Of a stretch of DNA of 64,000 bases, positions 1 to 10,544 are shown in pieces. Each line of letters begins with the position of its first letter. Positions within the stretch are counted from its first letter, which is position 1. The notes below the pieces were generated by a model. The model was given only the letters and a program-made list of their open reading frames with translations, did not search any database and was not told the origin of the DNA. The position numbers and the translations under genes were made by a program. The DNA comes from Chloroflexota bacterium (GTDB taxonomy: Bacteria; Chloroflexota; Anaerolineae; J036; Brachytrichaceae). The stretch covers positions 25,108 to 89,107 of the forward strand of contig JAUQQA010000003.1 in the NCBI GenBank assembly GCA_030550095.1, read 5' to 3'.

Positions 1-923
1 AGCCGAATGATCGGCACCCATGTGGCGGCTTTGACTTGCTCGCGGCGTGGCAAGTGCGCGGCTTGTGCGCGCAAACGGCGGTAGGGCGCGCGTGTGTAGA
101 GAAACGCGCCGAGCAGAAATGCGCCTGCGCTGAGCACTTTCACCCACGGCGCGCCTAGGCTCATGCCGAGCATCAGCAACGGGAGCGCAACGCCATACGT
201 GCTATAGCGCACCAGGTGGCGGCGGAAGAAAAGGTTCGCTTTGCCATCACCACGTGCATAGCGGTAATACTGCAAGAAGAACGCGCGCAATGAGGTGCGC
301 GGTCGAAAGTGCGCAATTGCGTCGGGCACGAAAACGAACTCGCCGAACGCGCGGCGCAGCTCGAGGTCAAAGATCACGTCTTCGCAGTAGTCCAGCCACT
401 CGGGATAGCCACCGACGGCCTCCCACGCCGCCTTTGTGAATGCGACGGAGCGCGAGGAAGGCATAAAGCGCTCGATGCGCACGTCCTCGTGGGCAGGCAA
501 AACGGTCGCGCCGAGCGCCGTCTCGAAGGTGCTGCGCGGATCAGAGACGAAAAAGCCAGCAACGGCGTGCGGCGTGATGTGCCCGTCTGGGTGGATTGTG
601 AAAGGGGTGCAGAGGCGCTCGAGCCAGTGAGGATCGAGGCGAACACCAGCGTCGGTGCACGCGATCACGGGGTGTTGTGCTGCGCGAATGGCGAGGTTGC
701 GTCCGCGCGCGATGTTCGCGCCTGGGGCTTCAATCACGCGCAAGGCAAAGCGACGCTCTGCGCGCAGCAGCGCCAAGGTGCCGTCAGTGCTTCCGCCGTC
801 GCATGCGATTACCTCGTCGGGCAGGCGCGTTTGCGCGGCAATGGAGTCGAGCAACGCGGGCAAGCTCTCGCGCTCGTTGAGCACAGTGAAGATCAGGGAA
901 ACCTTGGGCTGGCTCAGCGACAT
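1..923 (-). CDS. Glycosyltransferase family 2 (partial; C-terminus beyond the window edge)
   Basis: Absent from the ORF track because it runs off the window. Reverse-strand ATG at 923-921. The frame is open to position 1: I checked for in-frame TTA/CTA/TCA on the + strand and found none. Translation MSLSQPKVSLIFTVLNERESLPALLDSIAAQTRLPDEVIACDGGSTDGT... is a typical GT-A/GT2 N-terminus. It supersedes the R/A-rich + ORF 309..935. Confidence 0.8.
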   Translation of the reverse strand, partial: MSLSQPKVSLIFTVLNERESLPALLDSIAAQTRLPDEVIACDGGSTDGTLALLRAERRFALRVIEAPGANIARGRNLAIRAAQHPVIACTDAGVRLDPHWLERLCTPFTIHPDGHITPHAVAGFFVSDPRSTFETALGATVLPAHEDVRIERFMPSSRSVAFTKAAWEAVGGYPEWLDYCEDVIFDLELRRAFGEFVFVPDAIAHFRPRTSLRAFFLQYYRYARGDGKANLFFRRHLVRYSTYGVALPLLMLGMSLGAPWVKVLSAGAFLLGAFLYTRAPYRRLRAQAAHLPRREQVKAATWVPIIR

Positions 924-958
924 GCGCGCGGATGATAATATGATCGCGCTTTAGCCCA

Positions 959-2332
959 ATGGACTACACCGAAGCCCTCGCGTATCTCTACTCCCTCGCC
1001 AACTATGAGCGCATCTCGCTTGGGCGCGCCGTCGCGCGCACGTTAAACCTCGAGCGCATGAGCGCGTTGCTGGAGCGGTTAGGCAACCCACATCAGCGCT
1101 ATCGCACGCTTCACGTCGCGGGCACAAAGGGCAAAGGCTCGACAAGCGCAATGCTAGCGGCGTGCTTGCAGCAGCTTGGCGCGCGCGTGGGGCTGTACAC
1201 CTCGCCGCATCTGAGCAGTTTCCGCGAGCGCATTCGCGTGGACGGCGAACCGATCGCGCCGCAGGAACTCGCCGCGCTCACGGAGCAGGTGCGTGACGCC
1301 GCGGCTACGGTGCCAGGCGTGACTACCTTCGAGGCTGCAACAGCTTTGGGCTTTGCGTACTTTGCCGCGCGTGGTGTGGAGTGGGCGGTGATCGAGGTGG
1401 GGCTTGGGGGGCGCTTGGATGCGACGAACGTGATCACGCCTGAGGCGAGCGTGATCACGTCCATCAGCTATGACCATCAGCAAGTGCTTGGGAACACACT
1501 TGCAGCGATCGCCGCTGAAAAGTGCGGCATCATCAAGCCGGGCGTGCCCGTGATCACGCAGTCGCAACATCCTGAGGCGATGGCGGTGATCGAGCAGCAT
1601 GCGCGCGAACGCACCGCACCGCTCACGGTGATTGGGCGAGATTGGTCTTGGCGGTCTGCGGTTGTGTCAACTGAGCAACAAACCTTTGTGCTTTGGCGCA
1701 GCGCCGAGGGCAACGGCGCCGCGCATTATCACGACCTCGACGGCACGTATGTACTCTCGCTCTTAGGGAGGCACCAGATCGAGAACGCCGCCATGGTGGT
1801 GGCGACGTTGGACGCTGTTCGCGGAACGCTGCGCGAAATCGGACATCCGCTCTCGCCCGATGCGGTGCGCGAAGGGCTACGCAGGGCATACTGGCCCGCG
1901 CGCTTCGAAGTGTTGCGCCGCGAGCCACCCCTCGTCGTGGACAGCGCGCACAACGCGGATAGCGCGCAGAAGCTCGCGCAGACGCTCAACGAGGTTTTCC
2001 CGCGCCGTCGCTGGGCGTTTGTGTTTAGCACGCTGACCGACAAAGACGTGCCCGGGATGCTCGCAGCGCTCCAGCCGCTCGCCGTGCGTTGGGTAATGAC
2101 GGAGTTCGCGCATCCGCGCGCGTGGGGTGCGGCAGCGCTCCGAGATGCTGCACACGCTCAAGGCGTGAAGGCGGAATCGCGCGCGCTTGCTGATGCGCTG
2201 CGCGTGATGCTTGAGGAGGACGTGCCCGTGTGCGTGTTCGGCAGCGTGGCGTTTGCGGGCAAGATGCGCAGCTTGTGGTCGAAAGCCACCAACACCCCGC
2301 TGCCGTTTACTGAGGAGGACGAACTTGCATGA
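959..2332 (+). CDS. folC: Bifunctional folylpolyglutamate synthase / dihydrofolate synthase
   Basis: 457 aa. Mur-ligase P-loop [11 protein letters not shown], then GGRLDATNV and SISYDH. Its stop overlaps the lon start (ATGA at 2329). Confidence 0.9.
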   Translation: MDYTEALAYLYSLANYERISLGRAVARTLNLERMSALLERLGNPHQRYRTLHVAGTKGKGSTSAMLAACLQQLGARVGLYTSPHLSSFRERIRVDGEPIAPQELAALTEQVRDAAATVPGVTTFEAATALGFAYFAARGVEWAVIEVGLGGRLDATNVITPEASVITSISYDHQQVLGNTLAAIAAEKCGIIKPGVPVITQSQHPEAMAVIEQHARERTAPLTVIGRDWSWRSAVVSTEQQTFVLWRSAEGNGAAHYHDLDGTYVLSLLGRHQIENAAMVVATLDAVRGTLREIGHPLSPDAVREGLRRAYWPARFEVLRREPPLVVDSAHNADSAQKLAQTLNEVFPRRRWAFVFSTLTDKDVPGMLAALQPLAVRWVMTEFAHPRAWGAAALRDAAHAQGVKAESRALADALRVMLEEDVPVCVFGSVAFAGKMRSLWSKATNTPLPFTEEDELA

Positions 2333-4818
2333 CGATCATCTCTGACAGAGCGTCATTGAATTGGTTGCTTGGCGCCAGCTTTGGCACTGGTTTCCCTGCA
2401 AACGAGGCAGAACAGACGCCACTGCCTGAAGTAGTGGAGCTGCCGGTGATTCCGCTCAAGGAAGGCGTGGTGTATCCGCGCCTGGTGGTGCCGCTCACGC
2501 TGAGCAGCGAGCGCGCGTTGCTCGCAGCCGATGCTGCGCGCGGGATCGGTCAAGCCGTGCTGATCGCGCTGAAGCGCGACACGTTGCATCCGCTGCCTTC
2601 CGACCTCTACGAGATCGGCACGCTGGTGCAAATCGGGCGCGTGCTGAACTTGCCTAACGGCGCGATGAGCTTGCTGGTGCAAGGGCGCGCCCGTGTGCGC
2701 GTCGTGGAGTGGCTACAGGCGACGCCATTTTTGGTGGCACGTGTGCAGGTGCTCCAAGAGCCGCAAGACCAAGGCCCGGCGGTTGAGGCGCTCATGCGCG
2801 CTGTGCTAGCACTCTTCGAGAATGTCGTTAACCTCAGCGAGCGCATCCCCGAGGAGGCGCTCGTGTACGCCATGAACATTCACGAGCCGGGCTGGCTGGC
2901 GGATTACATCGCGCCGCTGCTCCCGCTCGACACCGCCAAGCAGCAAATGCTGCTGGAGCTGGTGGATCCGCAGCAGCGCCTGCAAAAGCTGACGGCGATC
3001 CTCACCAGCGAGCTTGATTTGCTCGAACTCGAGGATCGCATTCACGAGCGCGCGCAGAGCGAGGTGGACAAGAGCCAACGCGAGTATTACCTGCGCGAGC
3101 AGCTGCGCTCGATCCAAGCAGAGCTTGGGCAGCTCGATAGCAGCATGAGCGAGGTGAACGCGCTGCGCGCGCGCGCGGAGCAGAAGCAACTGCCGCAGCT
3201 TGTGCGCCAGCGCGTGGAACACGAGATCGCGCGCCTTGAGCAAATGCCCAGCATGGCGCCCGAGGTGAGCATCACGCGCGACTACATCGAGTGGCTGCTC
3301 GAACTCCCGTGGACCGAGCGCACCGAAGATCGCCTTGATGTGGCACATGCCGAACGCATCTTGAACCAACGGCACTACGGGCTGACCAAGGCAAAGGAAC
3401 GCATCTTGGAGCACATCGCTGTGTGTCGCCTGCGCGGCAGCCTTTCGCATGGGCCGATCTTGTGCTTCGTGGGACCGCCGGGCACCGGCAAAACGTCGCT
3501 GGCGCGCAGCATTGCAGAGGCGCTTGGACGGCGCTTCGTGCGCATGTCGCTCGGCGGCGTGCGCGACGAAGCTGAGATTCGCGGTCACCGGCGCACCTAC
3601 ATCGGCGCGCTGCCAGGGCGCATTTTGCAGACCATGCGCCGCGCGGGGGTGATCAACCCCGTGTTCGTGCTCGACGAGATTGATAAGCTTGGTTTAGATT
3701 TCCGCGGCGACCCAAGCGCGGCGCTGCTGGAAGTGCTCGACCCAGAACAGAACGCTGAGTTCGAGGATCACTACCTCGACCTGCCCTACGACCTCAGCCA
3801 CGTGATGTGGATCACCACCGCGAACACGCTCTACGACATCCCGCCTGCGCTGCGCGATCGGCTAGAGGTGATCGAGTTCAGCGGCTACATCGAAGAGGAG
3901 AAAGTGCAGATCGCGCGGCGCTTCCTCATCCCGCGCCAGATGAGCGAGAACGGTTTGGGTTCGGTCAAGCTTGCTTTTAGCGAGGGCGCGCTGCGACGCA
4001 TCATCCGCGAATACACCTACGAAGCTGGGGTGCGCAACTTGGAGCGCGCGATCGCCGGAGTGTGTCGCAAAGTGGCGCGGCGGGTTGCCGAAGGCAAGCG
4101 CTACCCGCATCACATCACGCCCAAGATGCTCGACAAGATGCTCGGGCAGCCGCTCTACGATTACGGCAAGCTCGAGCCAGAAGATCAAGTCGGCATGGCG
4201 CTCGGTGTGGCATGGGACGAAGGCGGCGGCGATGTGATTCAAGTCGAGGCGACCGTGATGGAGGGCAAAGGCGAGCTGATCCTCACAGGGCAGCTTGGCG
4301 ATGTGATGCAAGAGAGCGCGAAAGCTGCGCTGAGCTACGCGCGTTCACGCGCGCAGACGCTGGGCATTGCACGCAAGACGCTGGAAAAAAGCGATATCCA
4401 CATCCACGTGCCTGAAGGCGCAATCGCAAAAGACGGCCCCAGCGCCGGGATCACCATGGCGACGGCGCTGATTTCCGCGCTCACGCGCATTCCGGTGCGG
4501 CGTGACGTGGCAATGACGGGCGAGATCACGCTGCGCGGGCGCGTGCTGCCGATCGGCGGGCTGAAGGAGAAGGCAATGGCAGCACATCGCGCTGGCGTGC
4601 GCACGTTCATCATGCCGAAGAAAAACGCGCGCGATCTTGAGGAAGTGCCGCGGCGCATTCGACGCGAGATGAACTTCGTGCAGGTGTCCAGCATGGATGA
4701 AGTGCTGCCGCTTGCGCTGGTGCGCATGCCGACGCCGCTCACTGAAGAGACAAGCTCAGATGGCAAGAAGCCCAAGGCGCGGCGCGCGCGCAAGGCTCAA
4801 CGCTTGCCCTCGGCGTAA
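2329..4818 (+). CDS. lon: ATP-dependent protease Lon
   Basis: 829 aa. Lon N-domain, AAA+ Walker [10 protein letters not shown], Walker [10 protein letters not shown], and protease active-site region KDGPSAGIT. Confidence 0.96.
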   Translation: MTIISDRASLNWLLGASFGTGFPANEAEQTPLPEVVELPVIPLKEGVVYPRLVVPLTLSSERALLAADAARGIGQAVLIALKRDTLHPLPSDLYEIGTLVQIGRVLNLPNGAMSLLVQGRARVRVVEWLQATPFLVARVQVLQEPQDQGPAVEALMRAVLALFENVVNLSERIPEEALVYAMNIHEPGWLADYIAPLLPLDTAKQQMLLELVDPQQRLQKLTAILTSELDLLELEDRIHERAQSEVDKSQREYYLREQLRSIQAELGQLDSSMSEVNALRARAEQKQLPQLVRQRVEHEIARLEQMPSMAPEVSITRDYIEWLLELPWTERTEDRLDVAHAERILNQRHYGLTKAKERILEHIAVCRLRGSLSHGPILCFVGPPGTGKTSLARSIAEALGRRFVRMSLGGVRDEAEIRGHRRTYIGALPGRILQTMRRAGVINPVFVLDEIDKLGLDFRGDPSAALLEVLDPEQNAEFEDHYLDLPYDLSHVMWITTANTLYDIPPALRDRLEVIEFSGYIEEEKVQIARRFLIPRQMSENGLGSVKLAFSEGALRRIIREYTYEAGVRNLERAIAGVCRKVARRVAEGKRYPHHITPKMLDKMLGQPLYDYGKLEPEDQVGMALGVAWDEGGGDVIQVEATVMEGKGELILTGQLGDVMQESAKAALSYARSRAQTLGIARKTLEKSDIHIHVPEGAIAKDGPSAGITMATALISALTRIPVRRDVAMTGEITLRGRVLPIGGLKEKAMAAHRAGVRTFIMPKKNARDLEEVPRRIRREMNFVQVSSMDEVLPLALVRMPTPLTEETSSDGKKPKARRARKAQRLPSA

Positions 4819-5771
4819 ACCGTGAAGCTGGCGATTGCGTCGCTGAGCGAGGTGAGTGACACGTCAAAGGGCAAGCTCGCTCCTGGCGCGAGCGGAGCTG
4901 TGCTCAGCGCAATGTAGCGATAGCCGATCACGCGCCGCTCTGCGTCGTAGATTGTGACCAAGAGGTTGACGGTGCTCGGCGTGATGTTGCTTGCGTTGGT
5001 TAACTCGCCGTTCACGCGGAATTGTGTGCCTTCTGGTCGCCCCTCGACGCGCACGACACGCAGCGGCACAACGAGACGGTTGCCCTCTGCGGCTTCGCCG
5101 CGCAGCGGGCGCACGGTGAACTGCGCGTAGTCCATGGGTGGATCGGTGAAGAGCACGCGAAACGGCGAGGCTTGGTTGGGCGGGATGACGTTCAGCAGCG
5201 TGCTCACGATGGCGTTTTGCAACGGCGCGCCGCTGGCGTCTTGGAGCGAGATCAACAGCTTGACGTTGATGAGCGCGCTCGGACCAGGATTGAACACCTC
5301 GCCGAGGATGTCCAAACTGCCTGCGGGGGTGCGCGCGCTGTTCAAGCCGCGGATTTCAAACGGCAATGGAGTGGGGGAGGGCAGTAGAGCGACATCGTTG
5401 CTTGTTGCGCGTCCTGCGTTTGGGGGTGGGATGAGGATTTGTTGCCCAATTTGAAGACGTGTTGGCTCTACGCCTGCGTTGGCGGCGAGGAGATCAGCGA
5501 GGCTCACACCGTAGCGGTTAGCGATGCCCAGCAGCGTGTCGTTGGGCTGAACGATGTGCACGATGGGCGTTGGCGTAGCCACAGGCTGTGCAGGCGGTGG
5601 GAGCGTCGCTGCCATGCGCGTTGGCGTCGGTCGCGGGGTTACTGTTGGGCGGGCGGTGGGTAACGGAAGTGTTGGCGTTGGCTCGCCTGGGGCGGTTTCG
5701 GTGCAAGCTGCAAGCAACACGGCGAGGAGCGCCGTCCCGAACTGTGCGATGTGAGCAACTTTGGGCAGCAC
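4797..5771 (-). CDS. Secreted/lipoprotein LysM domain protein with FxLYD-like C-terminal repeats
   Basis: 324 aa. N-terminal signal with lipobox-like LLAAC, a Pro/Thr-rich linker, a LysM motif ([27 protein letters not shown]), then two beta-rich repeats containing [11 protein letters not shown]. Convergent 22-nt overlap with the lon 3' end. Confidence 0.75.
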   Translation of the reverse strand: MLPKVAHIAQFGTALLAVLLAACTETAPGEPTPTLPLPTARPTVTPRPTPTRMAATLPPPAQPVATPTPIVHIVQPNDTLLGIANRYGVSLADLLAANAGVEPTRLQIGQQILIPPPNAGRATSNDVALLPSPTPLPFEIRGLNSARTPAGSLDILGEVFNPGPSALINVKLLISLQDASGAPLQNAIVSTLLNVIPPNQASPFRVLFTDPPMDYAQFTVRPLRGEAAEGNRLVVPLRVVRVEGRPEGTQFRVNGELTNASNITPSTVNLLVTIYDAERRVIGYRYIALSTAPLAPGASLPFDVSLTSLSDAIASFTVYAEGKR

Positions 5772-5797
5772 GCGCGCGATTATAGGCGTGCGAGCTC

Positions 5798-6358
5798 GTG
5801 GTACAACTGCGCGCTATGAGCAAATGGGCGCGTCAGCTCGCGCGTCGTCAACACGCTTTTGCCGTTTTGCTTTACACCGCGGCTGTGGTGGTCACCAGTG
5901 TGTGGGTGGATTTCGTCACGCAGGGCTTCACCGATGTGTTCCGCGATGTGCTGGCGACTGCGTTTGTGATCGTGTTTGGGCTGCTCGCGGCAGATCTGGT
6001 GCTTTCGATTGAGGCATCGTTGCGACGCAAGCTTGCGGCGTCGGTGTCTTGCTGGCAAGGGCTTGTGTGGGGCGTGCCGCTGGGTTTTGTGATCGTGCTT
6101 TTTGGACATGCGCTGTTGCCGCTCGGCGCGCTCGTGGTGCAAGTGCCGCGCGTTGGCTTTGCGTTGCTCCCCACGATCGGTGTGGTCGCCGAGTTTGTTG
6201 TGCAGAAGGCATGGCTACCTGCGCTCATCACGGGTGCAGTAAGCGCGCTGGCGCACCGCAGCCTATGCTTCTGGCTGTCGGGCGATCGCAGCGTCGCGGG
6301 AGAGCTTGAGCAGGCGCAGCCCAAAAGCCACGGCAATGAACATCGCGCCGATGCCTAG
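5798..6358 (+). CDS. Hypothetical small polytopic membrane protein
   Basis: 186 aa with about 4 hydrophobic spans (AVLLYTAAVVVTSVWV, AFVIVFGLLAADLVL, GVPLGFVIVLFGHALL, LLPTIGVVAEFVV) and a G/C-biased third codon position. No recognisable family. The 3' end overlaps the convergent gene by about 96 nt, so the C-terminus is uncertain. An alternative start is M7 at 5816. Confidence 0.4.
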   Translation: MVQLRAMSKWARQLARRQHAFAVLLYTAAVVVTSVWVDFVTQGFTDVFRDVLATAFVIVFGLLAADLVLSIEASLRRKLAASVSCWQGLVWGVPLGFVIVLFGHALLPLGALVVQVPRVGFALLPTIGVVAEFVVQKAWLPALITGAVSALAHRSLCFWLSGDRSVAGELEQAQPKSHGNEHRADA

Positions 6359-7336
6359 CAGCTTCACCAGCGGCGGCACGGGCAGCAACGCAACGCTGCC
6401 CATAGCCGCGGAGATGCTCACGTACAGCAGCACGACGCGCCGCGCCGTCCAGCCGCGGTCAATCAATTGCAAGTGCAAATGCCCGCGATCGGCAGCAGCA
6501 GGGCTACGCCGCTCGCGCACGCGATCCACGATGCGCCAGAGCACATCCGCAACAGGCACGCTCATGACGAGCATCAGCAACGCGATCTTGGCGCCGCCGA
6601 TGATGCCAATGCACGCCAGCGCGTAGCCCAGGTAAAGCGCGCCGCCACCCAAGAAGATCTGCGCAGGGGGGCGGTTGTATGCCAAAAAGCCGAGCAGCAC
6701 ACCGAGCAGCGCCAACGGTAACATAGCAACGCTATGCTGCCCTTCGCGGAGCATGTGCGCAGCGACGACCACGCACGCCACAGCGCTCACGCTCGCAGCT
6801 AGCCCATCCACGCCGTCTAGCAAGTTCACCGTGTTGATCATGCCGAGGAACCAAAACAAACTCAGCGCGATGAGCACAACCGTGCCCAGTGCGGGACCGA
6901 AGACCTCTGGCAACACCACCTCTTGGCGTGTAAATGGGTTGGTGAAGCGCTCGATGAAGATCTGGCTGCTGATGGCGACCCCAGCAGCGAGCGTTTGACC
7001 GACAAGTTGCGCGCGCGCGGGCAAATTGCGCATGTCGTCCAGCAGCGCAAGCACGAAGATGACCCCACCGCCGATCAAGAAGCCAGCGAAGCGCGTCGGC
7101 TCGTTGGGGTCTGCTGAGGGCAGCGCGAACACAGCGCGGCTTGCGAGCGCGGTGAGCGTAAATGCGATGAATAGCGGCAACACACCAAGCCGCGAGGTGA
7201 TGCGCGCGTGTCGGCGCCGACCGCCAGGGACGTCAGCAATCTTGAGCCGCAAACCGAGCCATATCGCCGCGCGTGTGAGCGCGAGCGAGAGCACAAACCC
7301 CAGCGCAACTGCGCCGCCGAAGGGCAAAAGGATCAT
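6263..7336 (-). CDS. MraY/WecA-family polyprenyl-phosphate N-acetylhexosamine-1-phosphate transferase (GT4 family)
   Basis: 357 aa polytopic membrane protein. It carries the family motifs LLDDMRNL and NTVNLLDGVDGLA. Confidence 0.85.
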   Translation of the reverse strand: MILLPFGGAVALGFVLSLALTRAAIWLGLRLKIADVPGGRRRHARITSRLGVLPLFIAFTLTALASRAVFALPSADPNEPTRFAGFLIGGGVIFVLALLDDMRNLPARAQLVGQTLAAGVAISSQIFIERFTNPFTRQEVVLPEVFGPALGTVVLIALSLFWFLGMINTVNLLDGVDGLAASVSAVACVVVAAHMLREGQHSVAMLPLALLGVLLGFLAYNRPPAQIFLGGGALYLGYALACIGIIGGAKIALLMLVMSVPVADVLWRIVDRVRERRSPAAADRGHLHLQLIDRGWTARRVVLLYVSISAAMGSVALLPVPPLVKLLGIGAMFIAVAFGLRLLKLSRDAAIARQPEA

Positions 7337-7346
7337 GCGCTTTGGT

Positions 7347-8252
7347 TCACAGCAGCGCGAGCACCACAGGCAACGTGAGAATGCTCGCCAAGTTGCTGAA
7401 CAACACCGTCGCCGTCACATACTCGGGCAGCAGGCGGCTTTCCATGGCGATAATCGAGACAAGCACGGCTGCGGGCATGCTCGCTTGAAGAATGCCCACG
7501 TTGCGCTCGAGTCCGCTCAAGCCGAAAATGCCCGCCAGCGCGAATGCAAGCAACGGACCGGAGATCAAGCGAATGCTTGCGCCGATCACCATGTCCGCGT
7601 TCACTGGCGGCAAACCGTAGTGCGCGAATTGCACGCCGAGCGCGATGAGCATCACGGGCACCAAAGCAGTGGCAAGCAGCTCAGCCGCACGATTTACTAC
7701 TGGCGGCAGCGTGATGCCCGCTGCGTTCACCGCAAGCGCAGGCGCGACGGCGATCAAACCCGGCGTCTTGAGCACGCGCCCAAGCGCGCTGGCTAAGTTG
7801 CCGCGCCCCATGTTCGCCAACGTGACGCACACCACGAACGCAAACACCAAATTCGCTAAGAAGAACACCGTCGCTGGTAGCAGTGCTGCGTTGCCTTCTG
7901 CGAATTGTGCGATTGGCAAGCCAAAGTTGCCCACGTTGCCAAACGCGGCGATCATCATCCACGCGGCAGTCATCTGGCGGCTGCGGCGCATCAGCCGCGC
8001 CGCGAGCAGCGCAACCAGCGTGGAGCCGGCATACACCGCAGTGATGAAGCCGATCATGCGCAGCGCGAGCGCCGCTTCGATGCGCGCTGCGCTCAGCAAA
8101 CTGAACACAAAAGCAGGGGTGAGCACATAGTAGGCGAGGCGCGAGAGCGTTTGGCTTTGAAGCTGGAGCGGGCGCGCGACAACGTAAGCGACCCCGAGCA
8201 CCAAAAACACCGGCGCAAGCACGTTTAAGAACAACGTGAGCAGCGGCAGCAT
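7347..8252 (-). CDS. AEC (auxin efflux carrier) family transporter
   Basis: Membrane protein starting MLPLLTLFLNVLAPVFLVLGVAYV (typical AEC N-terminus) with about 10 TM spans. I chose the internal ATG (cat at 8250-8252) over the 8324 ORF start because the 24-aa extension is R/S-rich and non-hydrophobic. Confidence 0.8.
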   Translation of the reverse strand: MLPLLTLFLNVLAPVFLVLGVAYVVARPLQLQSQTLSRLAYYVLTPAFVFSLLSAARIEAALALRMIGFITAVYAGSTLVALLAARLMRRSRQMTAAWMMIAAFGNVGNFGLPIAQFAEGNAALLPATVFFLANLVFAFVVCVTLANMGRGNLASALGRVLKTPGLIAVAPALAVNAAGITLPPVVNRAAELLATALVPVMLIALGVQFAHYGLPPVNADMVIGASIRLISGPLLAFALAGIFGLSGLERNVGILQASMPAAVLVSIIAMESRLLPEYVTATVLFSNLASILTLPVVLALL

Positions 8253-8334
8253 AGGTGCTGATGATAGAGCAAGCGATGCGCGCGTCGAGGCATCGCTCGT
8301 TGCACATCGTCTCACCTGCGGCACAATCGCAAGC

Positions 8335-9000
8335 GTGAAACACTTAGCGTTTGCCTACCCACACCGCTACCGCCCAGCGCGTGCGCAAGCGCTACATGGC
8401 GCGTTGATCTTGCTGCATGGCTACGGCAGCAACGAAGACGACCTGTTTAGCCTCACTCCTTTCCTCGACGAGCGCTTTCACGTGCTGAGTCTGCGCGCCC
8501 CGCTTGCGCTGATGCCCGGCGCCTATGCGTGGTTTCCTCTTGCCTTCACCGCGCGCGGCGAGGCGGTGGTGAACGCGGAAGATGCCCTGCAAGGGGTGAA
8601 CCACGCAGTGAACCTTGTGCGCGAAGCGGCGCAGGCGCTTGCTCAACCCGCGCAGCGCACGTTCTTGCTAGGCTTCAGCCAAGGTGCGGTCATGGCAGCG
8701 GCGCTGCTGGCGCTTTTGCCGCAGCACGTTGCTGGCGCGGTGCTCATGAGTGGCACGGCGCCACCTGAAAGCCTTGCACCGCAGCCCGATGCTTTGCGTG
8801 GCAAATCAACACTGGTCACCCACGGGCTGTACGATGAGATTTTGCCCGTGCATCATGGTCGCGCGCTGGTGGCTTGGTTGCGCCGTCGCGGCGCTAACGT
8901 CGCTCATGCCGAGTACCCTGCGGCGCACACGATTGACGAAGCAATGCTCGAGGACCTTGACCGTTGGCTTGGAGCACGGCTCGACCTTGCTGGGAACTAG
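8335..9000 (+). CDS. Phospholipase/carboxylesterase-family alpha/beta hydrolase
   Basis: LILLHGYGSNEDDL, nucleophile elbow GFSQGAVMA, and a C-terminal HGxxD...H pattern. A GTG start at 8335 gives 221 aa and leaves a divergent intergenic region. The track ATG at 8236 would overlap the AEC gene's 5' end, so the start is uncertain. Confidence 0.7.
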   Translation: MKHLAFAYPHRYRPARAQALHGALILLHGYGSNEDDLFSLTPFLDERFHVLSLRAPLALMPGAYAWFPLAFTARGEAVVNAEDALQGVNHAVNLVREAAQALAQPAQRTFLLGFSQGAVMAAALLALLPQHVAGAVLMSGTAPPESLAPQPDALRGKSTLVTHGLYDEILPVHHGRALVAWLRRRGANVAHAEYPAAHTIDEAMLEDLDRWLGARLDLAGN

Positions 9001-9090
9001 CCAAGTGACTAGGTGCGGCTAACCAACTGTAGGTTGCGAAGGTGCGCGTGCGTTGATACGCTGAGGCAAATGCACAGGCAAACAGTGACG

Positions 9091-9507
9091 ATGACTCCCG
9101 AGCAGATCGCGCTTGTTCAAAAGACTTTCGCGCGCGTCGAGCCGCTCGCACAGGAAGTCGGCGATTTGTTCTACACGCGCCTGTTTGAAGTTGATCCCGC
9201 ATTGCGCCAGCTTTTCCGCGGCGATATGAAGCGCCAAGCACTGATGCTCATGACCGTGCTCAGCCTCGCTGTGCGTTCGCTCGACCGCCCTGAGGCGCTT
9301 GCAGAAGGCGTTCGGCAGCTTGGGCAGCGCCATGCTCGTTACGGTGTCCAGCCGAGCGACTACAACACTTTCGGCGCCGTGCTGCTCTGGACGCTCGAGC
9401 AAGTGTTAGGTGAAGCCTTCACGCCTGAAGTGAAAGCTGCGTGGATCAACGCTTTTCAACTGATCGCGGACGCCATGCGCGCAGATGCACACCTGCCTGT
9501 GGGTTAG
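9091..9507 (+). CDS. Single-domain globin (sensor-globin/protoglobin-like)
   Basis: 138 aa from ATG 9091: MTPEQIALVQKTFARVEP...DLFYTRLFEVDPALRQLF...LGQRHARYGV. This is the globin E/F-helix pattern with a proximal His. The upstream 26 codons of the track ORF are R/C-rich and unlikely to be coding. Confidence 0.8.
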   Translation: MTPEQIALVQKTFARVEPLAQEVGDLFYTRLFEVDPALRQLFRGDMKRQALMLMTVLSLAVRSLDRPEALAEGVRQLGQRHARYGVQPSDYNTFGAVLLWTLEQVLGEAFTPEVKAAWINAFQLIADAMRADAHLPVG

Positions 9508-9529
9508 TGTTTAATTCATCACTGGGCGG

Positions 9530-10537
9530 ATGAGCGCTTATGAGCCAAAGATCACCCCATGGGCGGTGAAGGGTTTGCCCTTCCCTCAGAAGGACGCGCG
9601 TGAGCAACTTCTCTTCTTGTTGCGCTTCGCCATTCTCGCGCCCTCAATTTACAACACGCAGCCGTGGCTGTTTCGCGTTGCTCCGCCGACGATCGGCTTG
9701 TTGGCAAACCCAGCACAGCGGTTCGCTGCGTGCGACCCTGAAGGGCGCCACCTCAACCTGAGCCTCGGCTGCGCGTTGGAGAACCTGTTGATCGCCGCCG
9801 AACACTTCGGCTTTGCGCACAACGTCGAGTACTTCCCCGAGGTGGATGACGCCTATCCGTGGGCGGCTGCTGTGACGCTCGCGTCAGGGGGAAGCCTCGC
9901 ACCATGGCGTCAGCATCTCTTCGACTGCATTCCCGCGCGACACACAAATCATCGCCGCTATCAGGAGCGTCCTGTGCCTGCTGAAGCGCTGCGCGCGTTG
10001 CAGAACGTAGTCGTTGAGGAGGGCGTTGTGCTCCAATTCGTCGAGGACGTGGAAACACACCAGCGCATCCGTGAGGTGCTCGACCGTGCCGATGCGCAAC
10101 TCTTCGCCGATCCCAATGCGCGTCAAGCTATCCTCGAGTCAGTGTTGGAGGGCACGATCGCTGTTGGTTGGTTGGCGAGCACGCTTGGGCGCATCGCAGC
10201 CCATGCCTTGCGCCTCGATGCACTCGCCCTGCACCGCGAAGAGGGCGCGCCGCTGCACGCGCCGCTTGTTGGCTTGATCCTCACGCAGGAAGACGACCGC
10301 GTGCAGCAAGTGCGCGCGGGGCAAGTGTTCGAGCGCGTGCATCTCATGGCAACCTATCTCGGCTTGAGTGTGCAGCCCATCAATCACGCCTTGGGCTTGC
10401 TAAGCAATCGGCAGGCGCTTATTGCTGCGCTGCATCTCGACGCGACGCCGCAGATGCTGTTTCGCCTTGGCTTTGCTGAGCCTGAGCCAGAACACACGCC
10501 GCGCCGCCCGCTCGAAAGCGTGGTGCTTGCTGATTGA
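9530..10537 (+). CDS. Acg-family (tandem nitroreductase-fold) FMN-binding oxidoreductase
   Basis: 335 aa. LRFAILAPSIYNTQPWLF and RHTNHRRY motifs. The size and two-lobed layout resemble mycobacterial Acg-type putative nitroreductases. Confidence 0.75.
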   Translation: MSAYEPKITPWAVKGLPFPQKDAREQLLFLLRFAILAPSIYNTQPWLFRVAPPTIGLLANPAQRFAACDPEGRHLNLSLGCALENLLIAAEHFGFAHNVEYFPEVDDAYPWAAAVTLASGGSLAPWRQHLFDCIPARHTNHRRYQERPVPAEALRALQNVVVEEGVVLQFVEDVETHQRIREVLDRADAQLFADPNARQAILESVLEGTIAVGWLASTLGRIAAHALRLDALALHREEGAPLHAPLVGLILTQEDDRVQQVRAGQVFERVHLMATYLGLSVQPINHALGLLSNRQALIAALHLDATPQMLFRLGFAEPEPEHTPRRPLESVVLAD

Positions 10538-10544
10538 TCCCGCG

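Noticed and set aside
309-935. 208-aa + strand ORF at the left edge
   Set aside because: The composition is rich in Arg, Ala, Gly and His, with no recognisable motifs. The opposite strand in the same interval encodes a clear GT2 glycosyltransferase with an open frame to the window edge.
2806-3588. 260-aa minus-strand ORF inside lon
   Set aside because: It is antisense to the conserved Lon AAA+ region, has no motifs, and is a typical high-GC shadow ORF. The same reasoning applies to the other overlapping ORFs within 2329-4818.
7026-7796. 256-aa + strand ORF spanning the MraY-like/AEC gene junction
   Set aside because: It is antisense to two membrane-protein genes with clear family motifs. 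The translation is highly basic and low-complexity.
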